A DNA stretch of 44,392 nucleotides from Alphaproteobacteria bacterium UBA3637 (GCA_002373615.1 DFKU01000055.1:1369-45760), one strand, 5' to 3'; shown: positions 26,185-35,856, counted from the first letter of the stretch. Numbers and translations: made by a program. The notes: generated by a model from the letters alone, not told the origin.

Positions 26185-26700
26185 TTATAAATCAGTTTCA
26201 TTTAAAATGGAGTGCTGTCCCGGTACAACAATGTTAAAAAACTTAATTTCGTTTTGGGATTGAAGTTTAAAAATAACACATCCAAAAGGTGGCGTTTCTT
26301 CTTTTTCTTGATATATGCCTCTGAACTTGATTCTACCATTGGGAATATACAGCTTGATACCAATTCCTTCAATAATCTCATGAAATTTTTTTGCTGTTAA
26401 CATTGAAACAGGACCCAAAAAATAGATATCATTATGGACTTTTTGATAGGTATAAACAGCTTTTTCAAGGAAAGGAAATTTAAGATAAAAAGGTGGGTTA
26501 ATCCATATTCTTTTGAATTGTGTCCAATCGGTGGTTAATCCATCTGTATAAATCGTGCTATAATTTGGAATACCTAATGCTTTTGCCTGCTCTTCGGTAG
26601 TTGCTGGGTCATAATCAAAAGTACCAAACATATCAACAATATATTTTGGTGTATAACATTCAAAATTTTGTTCGTTAAAAGAAATAGCTCCTGTACTCAT
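26185..26700 (-). CDS. Phage-type DNA N6-adenine methyltransferase (small Dam family)
   Basis: 'YTP', 'FDYDPA', 'DGL..DW', catalytic 'WINPPF' and 'GRIKF' motifs. Confidence 0.8.
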   Translation of the reverse strand: MSTGAISFNEQNFECYTPKYIVDMFGTFDYDPATTEEQAKALGIPNYSTIYTDGLTTDWTQFKRIWINPPFYLKFPFLEKAVYTYQKVHNDIYFLGPVSMLTAKKFHEIIEGIGIKLYIPNGRIKFRGIYQEKEETPPFGCVIFKLQSQNEIKFFNIVVPGQHSILNETDL

Positions 26701-26871
26701 ATTTATTAGAACTACAATTTTTATGTTTACAATCCTTACTTTCCCTTTGTGGCTATTGAATTTTAGACCTTTTAAAAGGAAAAAATTTAAAATATGAAAA
26801 AAAAGTTGACTTTGACATTGATTTATAGTTTAATGGAATCATGGATAACTTTAATATCAAGGAGGTTTATC

Positions 26872-26949
26872 ATGTCTGAAGAATATTATGTATTATCACC
26901 AGAATATCAGGAAATGACGAATAAGGTTTTAGATTTAGAAGCAGCTTAA
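26872..26949 (+). CDS. Putative 25-aa acidic peptide MSEEYYVLSPEYQEMTNKVLDLEAA
   Basis: Perfect AAGGAGGT RBS before the ATG and an upstream TTGACT-17-TTTAAT. Below the ORF-track length cutoff. Confidence 0.45.
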   Translation: MSEEYYVLSPEYQEMTNKVLDLEAA

Positions 26950-27038
26950 TTTATTTGACGCTTATTATTTTTGGATGATTATTTTATGTTTTTGATACAC
27001 CACTTGACATTTTGGGAAGATTTTGATATCATAACTGA

Positions 27039-27140
27039 GGTTGATAGTTAGACTCATTGTTAATTATCCCAGTTAGCTCGGAAATTGCACGATGAGTCCA
27101 GCCAAATCTTGAAGAGTGCCAAAAATTGGCACTTTTTCTT
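27039..27140 (+). ncRNA. Candidate small RNA
   Basis: TTGACA-17-TATCAT promoter (27004-27032), a long hairpin GACTCATTGT/ACGATGAGTC, and terminator AGTGCCAA-aaa-TTGGCACT-TTTT. No ORF. Confidence 0.5.
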
Positions 27141-27371
27141 TTATTTTCAATCACTTATACGAGTCCGTGTTGATGCCCTTTAAAAAGTATCAAAAATAGC
27201 ACTTACACGGACCAGCAATGCCAAAATATCCTTATTTATCAATGTTAGGCTTCTGGGACACTTCATAATCATCCCGAAAATGTGAAATCAATTTAGTGAC
27301 GTTAATGTCACTTAATTGAACGCATAAAAAAGAGGTGATCGAAATCACCCCTTTTATTTAAGTTTTGCCCT

Positions 27372-28403
27372 TTATTTTTCGGTGGCTTCATCCTGATTTG
27401 TTGTCACGCTGATTTTGTCACCGGGAAAGGTGCTGAGCAAAGCCAACATCATTTTCGGACAGACGTGTTCACCCAGAGCTTCACGAACCAGATTTTCATC
27501 CTTAGAAATCAACATGCTATTTTTCCACCGCAAGCCTTCAAAATCGTCGTCAAACGCTTTTGGCGCCAATAATGGATCCAAGAAGTCGGCAGAGGCACCC
27601 ATTAATAACAATAATTCATGAATTGAAAAGGCGCGGGCATCTGAATAACAACCTTTTTCCGTTAATGGACGACCATAATGGACTGATGAAAGGTCACCAA
27701 TACTGCCACTACCACTTGTGATGGTTGGACAGGGCAACGCTGGATCAACACGTCTGTAGCCCGCATTAAAACTTCCCCCTGCTGTCGAACCACTTTTATT
27801 TTTTGGTTGATACAAAACTGAATTTAACCAGGCAGACATCCCAGTCGGGGTATGCTTTAAAAATTCAATTTCGTGATCCGTCAATGGCAAAGCATAATGC
27901 CAGCGATTGTTAGGGTCGATTTCACCGGCTTCTAAGCTTTTCAACATATGGATAGCTTCAAAAACTGAGGGACGGAATTGATGCTTTTTGGTGAATTTCC
28001 AATCACCCAATTCTTCTTTCCAAAATAGAATGAAACAACGTTCACGATCCTCGGCGGTTCCATAGTCTGCGGCCGATAAAATGCCAACACGTGTCTTATA
28101 TCCCATTCTATGCAGTTCATCCACAACATATTCGCCAATCGTTTTGTCGCCCAAAATATCCAAGGCTTTTTCAGGACGGCTAATCAACCATTGAGGCACA
28201 TTTTCAATGATACCGGCTTTATATCCAACCGCTTCAATATTTTTTAACGTGTCCACAAACAAAGTTGCACGTTCGGTTGTGCCTTTACTATCGGCGGTAT
28301 TGTATGGACTCGCGTCTTGACATGCTGGAGAGGCAAAAACGAAGGTGGCTCCGAGTAAATATGCAGCGGTTATGGCTGATAAAAGAGCAAAGATACACCA
28401 CAT
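27372..28403 (-). pseudogene. N-terminally truncated C5-cytosine methyltransferase fused to a short EamA-like N-terminus
   Basis: Motifs IV (SPACQ), VI (ENVP), VIII (DRER) and X (GEHV) are present, but SAM-binding motif I is absent. The first ~15 aa, MWCIFALLSAITAA, resemble EamA transporter starts. Confidence 0.7.
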
Positions 28404-28405
28404 AA

Positions 28406-29668
28406 TTACCTCTTTTGTCTTAATGGAAGTGTGATTTCAAAGGTTGAACCTTTTCCAACTTTGCTTTGAACCTCAATTTTTCCGTTATGAAGGTTAACTA
28501 TTGTTTTAGCTAATGATAGTCCTAATCCTAAACCTTTTTGATGTCTTGATGTCTCTGCACGCCAAAAGCGATCAAAAATGTGAGGCAAATCTGATTCTTT
28601 TATGCCAATTCCATTATCTGTGATACTTAACTTAATAATCTCTGATGTTTTCTTCGCTTTTATTGTAATTTTTTTATCAGATATTGTGTATTTTACCGCA
28701 TTTTCAAGTAAAATTCCCAATAATTGTTTGATCATAACTTCATCGGCTTCGATTTCTAATTTTTTATCTGAATTTACAAATTTGAAAACGACGTCAGAAT
28801 AAAGCTTTTCCATAGATCTTATTGTCGCTTTGAGCGTTTCATCAACATAAAACGTTTTTGCAGATATGGCTATTTTAGAGTTATCATATCTGGCCAAGGA
28901 TAGAAGTTTTTCAACTAAATCAGCCATTTGTTGGATTTCATCTTTTATGTCATTTAAAATGTCTTGTCGTTGGGGTTTATGTTCTAAAAGTTCAGCGTAG
29001 GAATATAAAATGCTCAAAGGAGTGCGTAATTCATGCGCCGCATCTGAAACAAATTGTTTTTGTTGCGCATAACTTTTCTCAATGTATTTCATAGAACGGG
29101 AGACTAAAAAGCTTGCCAATATATACGCAAGTAAAATCATAACTATTGAAGAAAATAAGGCTACCTTGATATAAATCTTTGCATTTTTTCGAATTGGAGT
29201 ATAATTAGCCAGAACAATAACTTCGGCATTTGCAAACTTATCTGAAGGCAGTTTACTTTTTAGTATCATAAAATACCATTTTTGCTTACCGTGTTTTATA
29301 TTTTCATGATGAATTTTGCCATATTCATACTGTTGTGTCAGTAATCGCTTGCTAAGTTGTTCGGCAATGAAATCATCTTTAGGAATTTCTGCATGAATAA
29401 TTTTGTTATCAACTATCCAATAGGTAAAATTATATAAAGATTGAATATCTGATTTAATTTTATGAATTTCTGATGTTTGTCCCTGTTTATTGAGAACTTC
29501 TTCAGCTTCCCACAGTTCTTCTTCTAAGTAATCGCGTAATGTATCTTCTAATAATTGGACGCCATTATGACGATATGCTATATAGCTTGCGGCAAATCCG
29601 AGTAACAAGATACATGCGATGATGACAGTATATTTTAAGACTAAGGTTTTGTGAATCTTTTCTATCAT
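28406..29668 (-). CDS. Sensor histidine kinase
   Basis: Two TMs, 'SDAAHELRTPL', 'LLENAVKY', 'DNGIGI', 'IFDRFWR' and 'GLGLGL' motifs. Confidence 0.95.
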   Translation of the reverse strand: MIEKIHKTLVLKYTVIIACILLLGFAASYIAYRHNGVQLLEDTLRDYLEEELWEAEEVLNKQGQTSEIHKIKSDIQSLYNFTYWIVDNKIIHAEIPKDDFIAEQLSKRLLTQQYEYGKIHHENIKHGKQKWYFMILKSKLPSDKFANAEVIVLANYTPIRKNAKIYIKVALFSSIVMILLAYILASFLVSRSMKYIEKSYAQQKQFVSDAAHELRTPLSILYSYAELLEHKPQRQDILNDIKDEIQQMADLVEKLLSLARYDNSKIAISAKTFYVDETLKATIRSMEKLYSDVVFKFVNSDKKLEIEADEVMIKQLLGILLENAVKYTISDKKITIKAKKTSEIIKLSITDNGIGIKESDLPHIFDRFWRAETSRHQKGLGLGLSLAKTIVNLHNGKIEVQSKVGKGSTFEITLPLRQKR

Positions 29669-30351
29669 TTCTTTATTTCCATTTTATAACCAACATTTTT
29701 AACTAATTTTATCTGAATGATTGGAAGCATCTTTAATGTTTTACGCAACATATAGATATGAGAATCTAAGCTCTCTATATTGGTATCAAGTTTATCTTCC
29801 CATATTTTTGAAAATATAGTTTCACGAGGAATGATATTATCCAAATTTATAAATAGCATTTCAAACAAGGCAAATTCTTTTTTGCGAAGTTGAAGTTTTA
29901 TATCCTTATATTGAATCGTGTGCAGATCAGAATTTACCTCAATATTATTTTTATTATAAATTTTATCTATATAAGGTTTGTTTTTGCGCCTATTGACGGC
30001 ATTAATTCTGGCTAACAGCTCTTTAATTTTATATGGTTTAACGATAAAATCATCAGCACCTGTATTTAGAGCACGAATACAATCATCAAGTTCGCCTTTG
30101 GCTGTAACAAATATGATTCCGCCCTGATAATTGTATTTTGAGCGTAAAAGTTTGCATACTTCTATTCCGCTTATTTCAGGAAGCATCCAGTCTAATAAAA
30201 TAACATCATAACATTCATTGGTATTATGTTGGATTAAAGATAATGCCTCCATACCATCTTCAGCCCAATCTACAAAGCAATTTTCATAAGTAAGCAGTTC
30301 TTTTGTTGCTTTACCTAATTTGATGTCATCTTCAACTAATAAAATTTTCAT
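29665..30351 (-). CDS. OmpR/PhoB-family response regulator
   Basis: 'LLVEDD', 'LDWMLP', 'GADDFIVKP' and a winged helix 'HIYMLRK…VGY'. Confidence 0.95.
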   Translation of the reverse strand: MKILLVEDDIKLGKATKELLTYENCFVDWAEDGMEALSLIQHNTNECYDVILLDWMLPEISGIEVCKLLRSKYNYQGGIIFVTAKGELDDCIRALNTGADDFIVKPYKIKELLARINAVNRRKNKPYIDKIYNKNNIEVNSDLHTIQYKDIKLQLRKKEFALFEMLFINLDNIIPRETIFSKIWEDKLDTNIESLDSHIYMLRKTLKMLPIIQIKLVKNVGYKMEIKK

Positions 30352-30434
30352 TTATCTACCTTTTATGTTGCTTTAGTTAAAATATACTTCTTTTGATATT
30401 AGAAAGTAAATCAATTTTTTTTATTTATTTAAAA

Positions 30435-30457
30435 AAATTTCAGATAAATTTCAGATA
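30435..30457 (+). promoter_or_regulatory. 11-bp tandem direct repeat, likely binding box of the adjacent response regulator
   Basis: AAATTTCAGAT-AAATTTCAGAT lies in the divergent intergenic region. An 11-bp period is typical of OmpR/PhoB/PmrA boxes. Confidence 0.65.
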
Positions 30458-30500
30458 GCTATGCGAGATTTAGCACAAATGTGTTATTGAGGAGCAAAAA

Positions 30501-31190
30501 ATGCTTTATTTTTTTATATTACTTCTAATTTTGGCTGGTACGGCATTGGTTTATTTTTCTGATGTATTGGATCTATTTTGTGCAAATTTATTTTATCAAA
30601 ATGGTTTTTATCTAAAGGATAGTTTCTGGATTGAGATGATTGATTTTTATATGGAATATATTATTTGTCTATTATATGCAACAGTTTTAGGATTATGGAT
30701 TTTACCGAAACTTCATCTGCCGGGTGTTATTCAAAACAAACTATCTTTCATAACGCATAAAATATCTATCAAAACAAATCAAATAATTTATTTAAGTTTG
30801 TGTTTTTTAGGGGCGTGTGTGGCGCTTCCATATGGTTGTAAAATATTTTTTCACCGCGCTCGTCCTTATCAGACTGATATTTATGGAGGCGAATGTTCCT
30901 TTACAGCTGCTTTTGAAAAATCGTTTTGCCCAATTGGGGATTCTTTTATTTCTGGACATACTTCTTTTAGTTTATGGTTGTTTGCTTTAGCATTAATGTT
31001 GCCTAAGAAAATACGCACGATAGGTGTTGTTTTGGCCCTAGGTATTGTTTTGTTTGTGGCGTGTTGCCGTCTTTTAGGGGGATATCATTATTTGACAGAT
31101 GTTGCTTTTGCTTTCTTACTTGTGGGTAGCTGTATCTTGATTATTTATCGGAAAATATTTGTATCAGCGAGTGCTTTCAATCAAGATTAA
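30501..31190 (+). CDS. PAP2 family membrane phosphatase (possible lipid A or undecaprenyl-PP phosphatase)
   Basis: 'KIFFHRARP', 'SFISGH' and 'RLLGGYHYLTDV' match the PAP2 C1-C3 motifs. Confidence 0.88.
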   Translation: MLYFFILLLILAGTALVYFSDVLDLFCANLFYQNGFYLKDSFWIEMIDFYMEYIICLLYATVLGLWILPKLHLPGVIQNKLSFITHKISIKTNQIIYLSLCFLGACVALPYGCKIFFHRARPYQTDIYGGECSFTAAFEKSFCPIGDSFISGHTSFSLWLFALALMLPKKIRTIGVVLALGIVLFVACCRLLGGYHYLTDVAFAFLLVGSCILIIYRKIFVSASAFNQD

Positions 31191-31218
31191 AGATTATTTT
31201 ATAGAAAAAGTATAAAAA

Positions 31219-31827
31219 ATGTTTGAAGTAAAATCAAAATCTTTTAAAACTGAGCTTTATCGAAAATCTATTCATTTAAGTTCTTTATGGATGCCGTTCA
31301 TCATTCTTTTGGCGAATAAAAATTGGAACATACTTTTATTTTTTACATTGTTTGTAGGTAATTTTATCATAGAGTATATGACTTTCAAAAAGCTACCTTA
31401 TGTTAGTATAATTTTCCGCAAACTGTTTATTAAGACACTCAGGTACAAGGAAATTGATCGTATTTCATTTGTTCCGAGCGGGTCTGTTTTTGTTTTAGCG
31501 GCAGCTTTAATTGTTTCTGTTTGTTTTACCCCAAAAGCCGGTGCGGCTGCTTTAACAGTTATGTTGATTGCAGATACTGTTGCTGCATTGGTTGGAAAAT
31601 CTATAGGAAAATTTCACTTCAATAATGGCAAAACCTTTGAAGGAACCTTAGCTTTCTTTATCAGTTCTGTATTAGTAATCTTATCTTTTTACCCTCATAT
31701 AACGCCGCTAACAGTTTTAATTACCGCAGTTTTTGCGGCGGCAACCGAATTTTTTGAAAAAAATATCGGCATTGATGACAATCTTATGATTCCACTTGTT
31801 ACGGGATTTATTCTGAATTTAATTTAA
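31219..31827 (+). CDS. SEC59/DGK1/VTE5-type (CTP-dependent) polyprenol or diacylglycerol kinase
   Basis: 'RKSIH', 'ADTVAALVGK', 'KTFEG' and 'DDNL.IP' motifs in a polytopic membrane protein. Confidence 0.82.
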   Translation: MFEVKSKSFKTELYRKSIHLSSLWMPFIILLANKNWNILLFFTLFVGNFIIEYMTFKKLPYVSIIFRKLFIKTLRYKEIDRISFVPSGSVFVLAAALIVSVCFTPKAGAAALTVMLIADTVAALVGKSIGKFHFNNGKTFEGTLAFFISSVLVILSFYPHITPLTVLITAVFAAATEFFEKNIGIDDNLMIPLVTGFILNLI

Positions 31828-33467
31828 TGATAAAGGACTATATAATGACAAAAATGCGATTTACAGTAAGTTCAACAGCATTTATTTTATGGGTGAGTGC
31901 GTATTTTTCTTTTGCATTGAACATTAAATTTTGGCAATTTGCTTATGAAAGAATAGATGTTAACAGTTTTTCTGTTGCTTTTTTTGCATTTAGCTTATTA
32001 TTTTTTGTTTTTGTACCGTTACTTTGGTTCTTTAGTCTGATTTTCTTACCGCGTGTCGGCAAAGCAATAATCATTATCCTGCTTATCTTATCAGCAATGT
32101 CGGATTATGCTCTGCAAAATCTCGGAATTGTCATCAATTCAGATATGATTCGCAATTTTGTTGAAACAAATATACGTGAAGCAAAGGATTTGGTAACCTT
32201 GCACGCATTTTGTTATGTCTTAATTGTGGGAATTATACCAGCAATACTTGTTTACAAGACAAATGTGACATTTAATCCGTTCAAACGCGAATTTAAACGA
32301 CGTCTTGTCTATTGCTTGGTAGGTCTGCTTACACTTGCCGGAATTGGCTCTGTTTCGTATAAAGAATATGCGTCTTTCGGTCGCAACAATAAGCAAGTTC
32401 GTTATTACATCAATACTTTTAACTATATTTATGCGGTTGGAAGATATTATAAACGTTCCCGCGATGCTCATCGACAATTTGTTATTTTAGATGCTTCTCC
32501 AAAACTTGAACCGAATAAGAAAAATACTCCGCGTGTTACTGTATTAATTGTTGGAGAAACAGCGCGTTCACAAAATTTTTCTTTATACGGATATGAAAAG
32601 GATACAAATCCATTATTGTCAGAAAATAAAGAGCTCATTACATTTAATGATGTTTCATCTTGCGGTACGGCAACGGCTATTTCTTTACCCTGTATGTTTT
32701 CGGCTCTAAATCAGAAAGAATTTGATGTTACTGATGCGCTATTTACGCAAAATCTTCTCGATATAGCGAAACTGGCCGGTTATGACATCATTTGGAAAGA
32801 TAATGATGACGGTTGTAAAAAAGTGTGCAGTAGAGTTGAAACAACCGATGCCAGAAAAGGTAATAAACAGCCCTATTGTTTTGGGAGTTATTGCCATGAT
32901 GATATTTTATTAGATGGTTTGGACAATATTCTTCGCAATATAACTAAAGATACGATCATTGTTCTGCATATGATGGGAAGCCACGGACCAACGTATTATC
33001 AACGTTATCCCGATAAGTTCAAGAAATTTACGCCGGCTTGCGATACCGCCAATTTGCAAGATTGTACTCAAGAGCAAATCACAAATACTTATAACAATAC
33101 CATTGTTTATACGGATTATATTATTGCTTCAGTCATTGATATCTTAAAAAGTAATCCGAAGTTGCAGAGTAGTATGCTTTATGTCTCTGATCACGGAGAA
33201 TCCCTTGGCGAAAATAATGTGTATTTGCATGGTTTGCCTTATTTCATGGCCCCTGATGTGCAAAAGAAAGTTCCTATGCTGTTATGGTTATCAGAGGAAA
33301 AACAAAAAAATCAGACAATAGATATGAATTGCTTGCGGCAAAGGGCAAAAAGCGAAAAATTTTCTCATGATAATTATTTTCATGGTGTGCTTCAATTGCT
33401 ACAAATCAATAGCTCTGTTTACAAAGAGGAACTCAGTATATTAGGAAATTGTGTTCATAACCTATAG
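31827..33467 (+). CDS. eptA: Lipid A phosphoethanolamine transferase (EptA/MCR family)
   Basis: Five TMs plus a sulfatase-like domain with 'VGETAR', 'SCGTATAISLPCMFS', 'GSHGPTYY', 'SDHGESLGE' and 'YLHG'. Alternative start at 31845. Confidence 0.95.
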   Translation: MIKDYIMTKMRFTVSSTAFILWVSAYFSFALNIKFWQFAYERIDVNSFSVAFFAFSLLFFVFVPLLWFFSLIFLPRVGKAIIIILLILSAMSDYALQNLGIVINSDMIRNFVETNIREAKDLVTLHAFCYVLIVGIIPAILVYKTNVTFNPFKREFKRRLVYCLVGLLTLAGIGSVSYKEYASFGRNNKQVRYYINTFNYIYAVGRYYKRSRDAHRQFVILDASPKLEPNKKNTPRVTVLIVGETARSQNFSLYGYEKDTNPLLSENKELITFNDVSSCGTATAISLPCMFSALNQKEFDVTDALFTQNLLDIAKLAGYDIIWKDNDDGCKKVCSRVETTDARKGNKQPYCFGSYCHDDILLDGLDNILRNITKDTIIVLHMMGSHGPTYYQRYPDKFKKFTPACDTANLQDCTQEQITNTYNNTIVYTDYIIASVIDILKSNPKLQSSMLYVSDHGESLGENNVYLHGLPYFMAPDVQKKVPMLLWLSEEKQKNQTIDMNCLRQRAKSEKFSHDNYFHGVLQLLQINSSVYKEELSILGNCVHNL

Positions 33468-33538
33468 CGAGTGATACAAAGCTGATGTTGGCTTGTTAAA
33501 TTAGGACTGTTTTGTAATCTATTGTTTTGGAATGGTTT

Positions 33539-33733
33539 TTATCGGGCGGCCATTTGTTCGAGTTTGAATTGCAGGCGATTGAGGCGGTCGCGAGGTCTGA
33601 CCGGTAGCGGATTACCGTAGGCCTTTTTAAGTAAAGTTTCGATTTGAGTTAATGTGCGTCCGGCATGATAATAAACCATCACAAAGTTAGTCCGGTTGTT
33701 GGGATTAATATCCTTGTATTTGCGCATTTTCAT
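33539..33733 (-). CDS. Hypothetical protein (64 aa)
   Basis: ATGA-coupled to the upstream ORF. Confidence 0.5.
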   Translation of the reverse strand: MKMRKYKDINPNNRTNFVMVYYHAGRTLTQIETLLKKAYGNPLPVRPRDRLNRLQFKLEQMAAR

Positions 33734-34035
33734 AATTCAACCCCCATGTAACGGTAGTAGGAAGAACCAGACGGGTCAACGTAAAGTGTTGGCTTGCCTG
33801 AGCATTTTATAGCACCTACTTTGCGGTGTCCAAAATCATCATAACCGCCTTTACCGGATAAGAAAATATAGCTGTCTAATGGGCGTTGGCAGAGTGCCTC
33901 ATACCAAGTTGGTGGTAGATTGACAGTTTCTGCAATCAAGACCTCTTCAGCCTCATGTGGATACTTTTTGCATAAGGTTTTTACTTCTTCAAAATCCGAA
34001 GATTTTCGCACTAAATAGACTTTAACTGTATTCAT
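33730..34035 (-). CDS. Hypothetical mobile-element protein (101 aa)
   Basis: RBS AAGGAG. C-terminal 'LYVDPSGSSYYRY' of a type I associate with small MGE proteins. Confidence 0.65.
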   Translation of the reverse strand: MNTVKVYLVRKSSDFEEVKTLCKKYPHEAEEVLIAETVNLPPTWYEALCQRPLDSYIFLSGKGGYDDFGHRKVGAIKCSGKPTLYVDPSGSSYYRYMGVEL

Positions 34036-34179
34036 AATAAACTCCTTTGTTTACAAGACAATGAATGCTTGGAAAGATGAAGAAGTCCAGTCAATTTAAG
34101 AAAAAATAGTGCTAGAACCTTGTAATTTATAAAACTTTCGGATAGAATGTAAAAAATCTTGAAAAGAAAGGGATGCAAT

Positions 34180-34715
34180 ATGTCTAGAACCACTGATCTT
34201 GCTAGCAAGCTTGTTTTTGAAGTACTTAAAGTATTAAAAGAAAATGATGGAGAATTACCTTCTTCATTACTAATGGAAGAATTATCTAAACGCGTACCGT
34301 TAGATGATTGGGCAAAAGGTATTTTGGAAAAAACAGGTAATATAATATTCGCTGGCAATCAATTTTGCATTTCTATTCTATTGACCTAATAAAAGCAGGA
34401 TATTTATTAAAGAAAAAAGGCATTTGGTATTTAACGCCAGAAGGCGAAAAATCATTAGAAAAAGGCGAAAAAGATTTATTAAAATCTGCTCAAGCTTTAT
34501 ATAAGATCTGGAAAGAAAAAAATAAAGATAAAAGTCATTCAACCAATAAAGATATTCCAGAAGAACAAATTGAAGAAGCAAGTCAAAAAGTTTCTTCTTT
34601 GCTTGATGATGCAAGATCTAAAGCGAATCAATCGTTTACAAAGTTTATATTAGAAGAGTTTGATCCGTATACTTTTCAAGAATTATGTGGAGCTTTATTC
34701 CGTGGAATGGGATAA
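34180..34715 (+). pseudogene. mrr: Mrr-like restriction protein, frameshifted and truncated
   Basis: Removing one AATAT of the tandem at 34339-34348 joins the two ORFs (…TGNIRWQSILHFYSIDLIKAGYL…WYLTPEG). The product stops at 'DPYTFQELCGALFRGMG', the start of the Mrr catalytic domain. Confidence 0.8.
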
Positions 34716-35103
34716 CAAAGCTACTTTGATTTTAGACCCTGTTCGCGGTCCAATTATCCAACATTTATTTGAAGCGTTTTCAAAAGGAGGACATACAACG
34801 AAAACAATTTGGTTATTAGCTAAACAGTTGGGGTTATGTTCTAAAATGAAGAAACGAAAAGGAATTCCTGTGAGTAAAAATACTGTTTATGACATCTTAA
34901 CAAATCCGTTTTATTATGGATTAATCTATTATGATGGCAAGTGGATTAAACATCAATATGAACCACTTATCGATAAAGAATTATTTGAAAGAGTGCAAAG
35001 CATATTAACTCAAAACGGGACTCACAACCGTAATAATGTAGATGAAAATGCAGGCAAACTTTATATTTTTAGAGGATTAATACATTGCAAAGAATGTGGT
35101 TGA
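34716..35103 (+). pseudogene. Internal fragment of a large serine recombinase
   Basis: 'ILTNPFYYG', 'YEPLIDKELFERVQ' and 'FRGLIHCKECG*' are the recombinase domain and the start of the zinc ribbon. There is no catalytic N-terminus. Confidence 0.8.
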
Positions 35104-35453
35104 CTTATGGTGTTGCATACAGTTGTGTTGCTCAATTTGCAGATGAAAAGAATTTAAAGATAGATATTCCTTCTATTAAAAATAATTACATTGAAACAGT
35201 TGAAACGATTTTTAATGTATTAGAAAAGGGAATAAGTCCATCTTTTGATCAATTAAAAAGAAGTACCAATCGGCTTGGAAATAATCGTCAATTAAGAGTA
35301 TTTGATAAACGTAATATGCTTAAAGTTATGGATTCTGGTTTTAGTATCGGTGGCATGAATTTTAAATCTAATACAGATTCACGAGCCCTTATAAAAGATA
35401 TTCAAGTGTTGGGTTCCAAAAATTTAATGAACTCTGCGCAACAACAGCATTAG
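35103..35453 (+). pseudogene. Probable 3' fragment of an unknown gene
   Basis: The open frame begins at the recombinase junction with no convincing RBS or start. Confidence 0.4.
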
Positions 35454-35640
35454 AATTGTAAATTCTAACTTACTACTAGGACAGAAATAAGTTATTTTTT
35501 GCCTAATTTACTAATTTTTTACCAGCAAAATGCACTTTTTTCTACTTTTTTGCATTTTCAGCGCTCTAATTTCGGGGTTTTTAGCATATAATATACCTGT
35601 TAATCAAAAATAACCCATTGATAAAAGAAAGGAATTTAAA

Positions 35641-35826
35641 ATGGAAAATAAAATTGGAATGGCACTGCAAGAAGGTGACTTTGTACGAGTATACGACGAA
35701 AATGGAAGCATCTTATTTTCGATTGGCGGTGCGCTGGTCTCATATACCTCAAGCACGGTTTCAATTAAAGATGGTAGTTTTATCCGCGTCTATGATTCAA
35801 CTGGTTCGTATAAATTTTCAAGATAA
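35641..35826 (+). CDS. Small beta-rich hypothetical protein with an internal repeat
   Basis: RBS AAAGGA and an upstream TATAAT. Repeat G.FVRVYDENGS / GSFIRVYDSTGS. Confidence 0.65.
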   Translation: MENKIGMALQEGDFVRVYDENGSILFSIGGALVSYTSSTVSIKDGSFIRVYDSTGSYKFSR

Positions 35827-35856
35827 TCAATAACAATAAAAGGAAAGGACAAAATC

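Noticed and set aside
26872-27140. tmRNA (tag-like peptide ending in AA plus structured RNA)
   Set aside because: There is no tRNA-Ala-like acceptor or T-arm, and the peptide has its own RBS and ATG rather than a resume codon.
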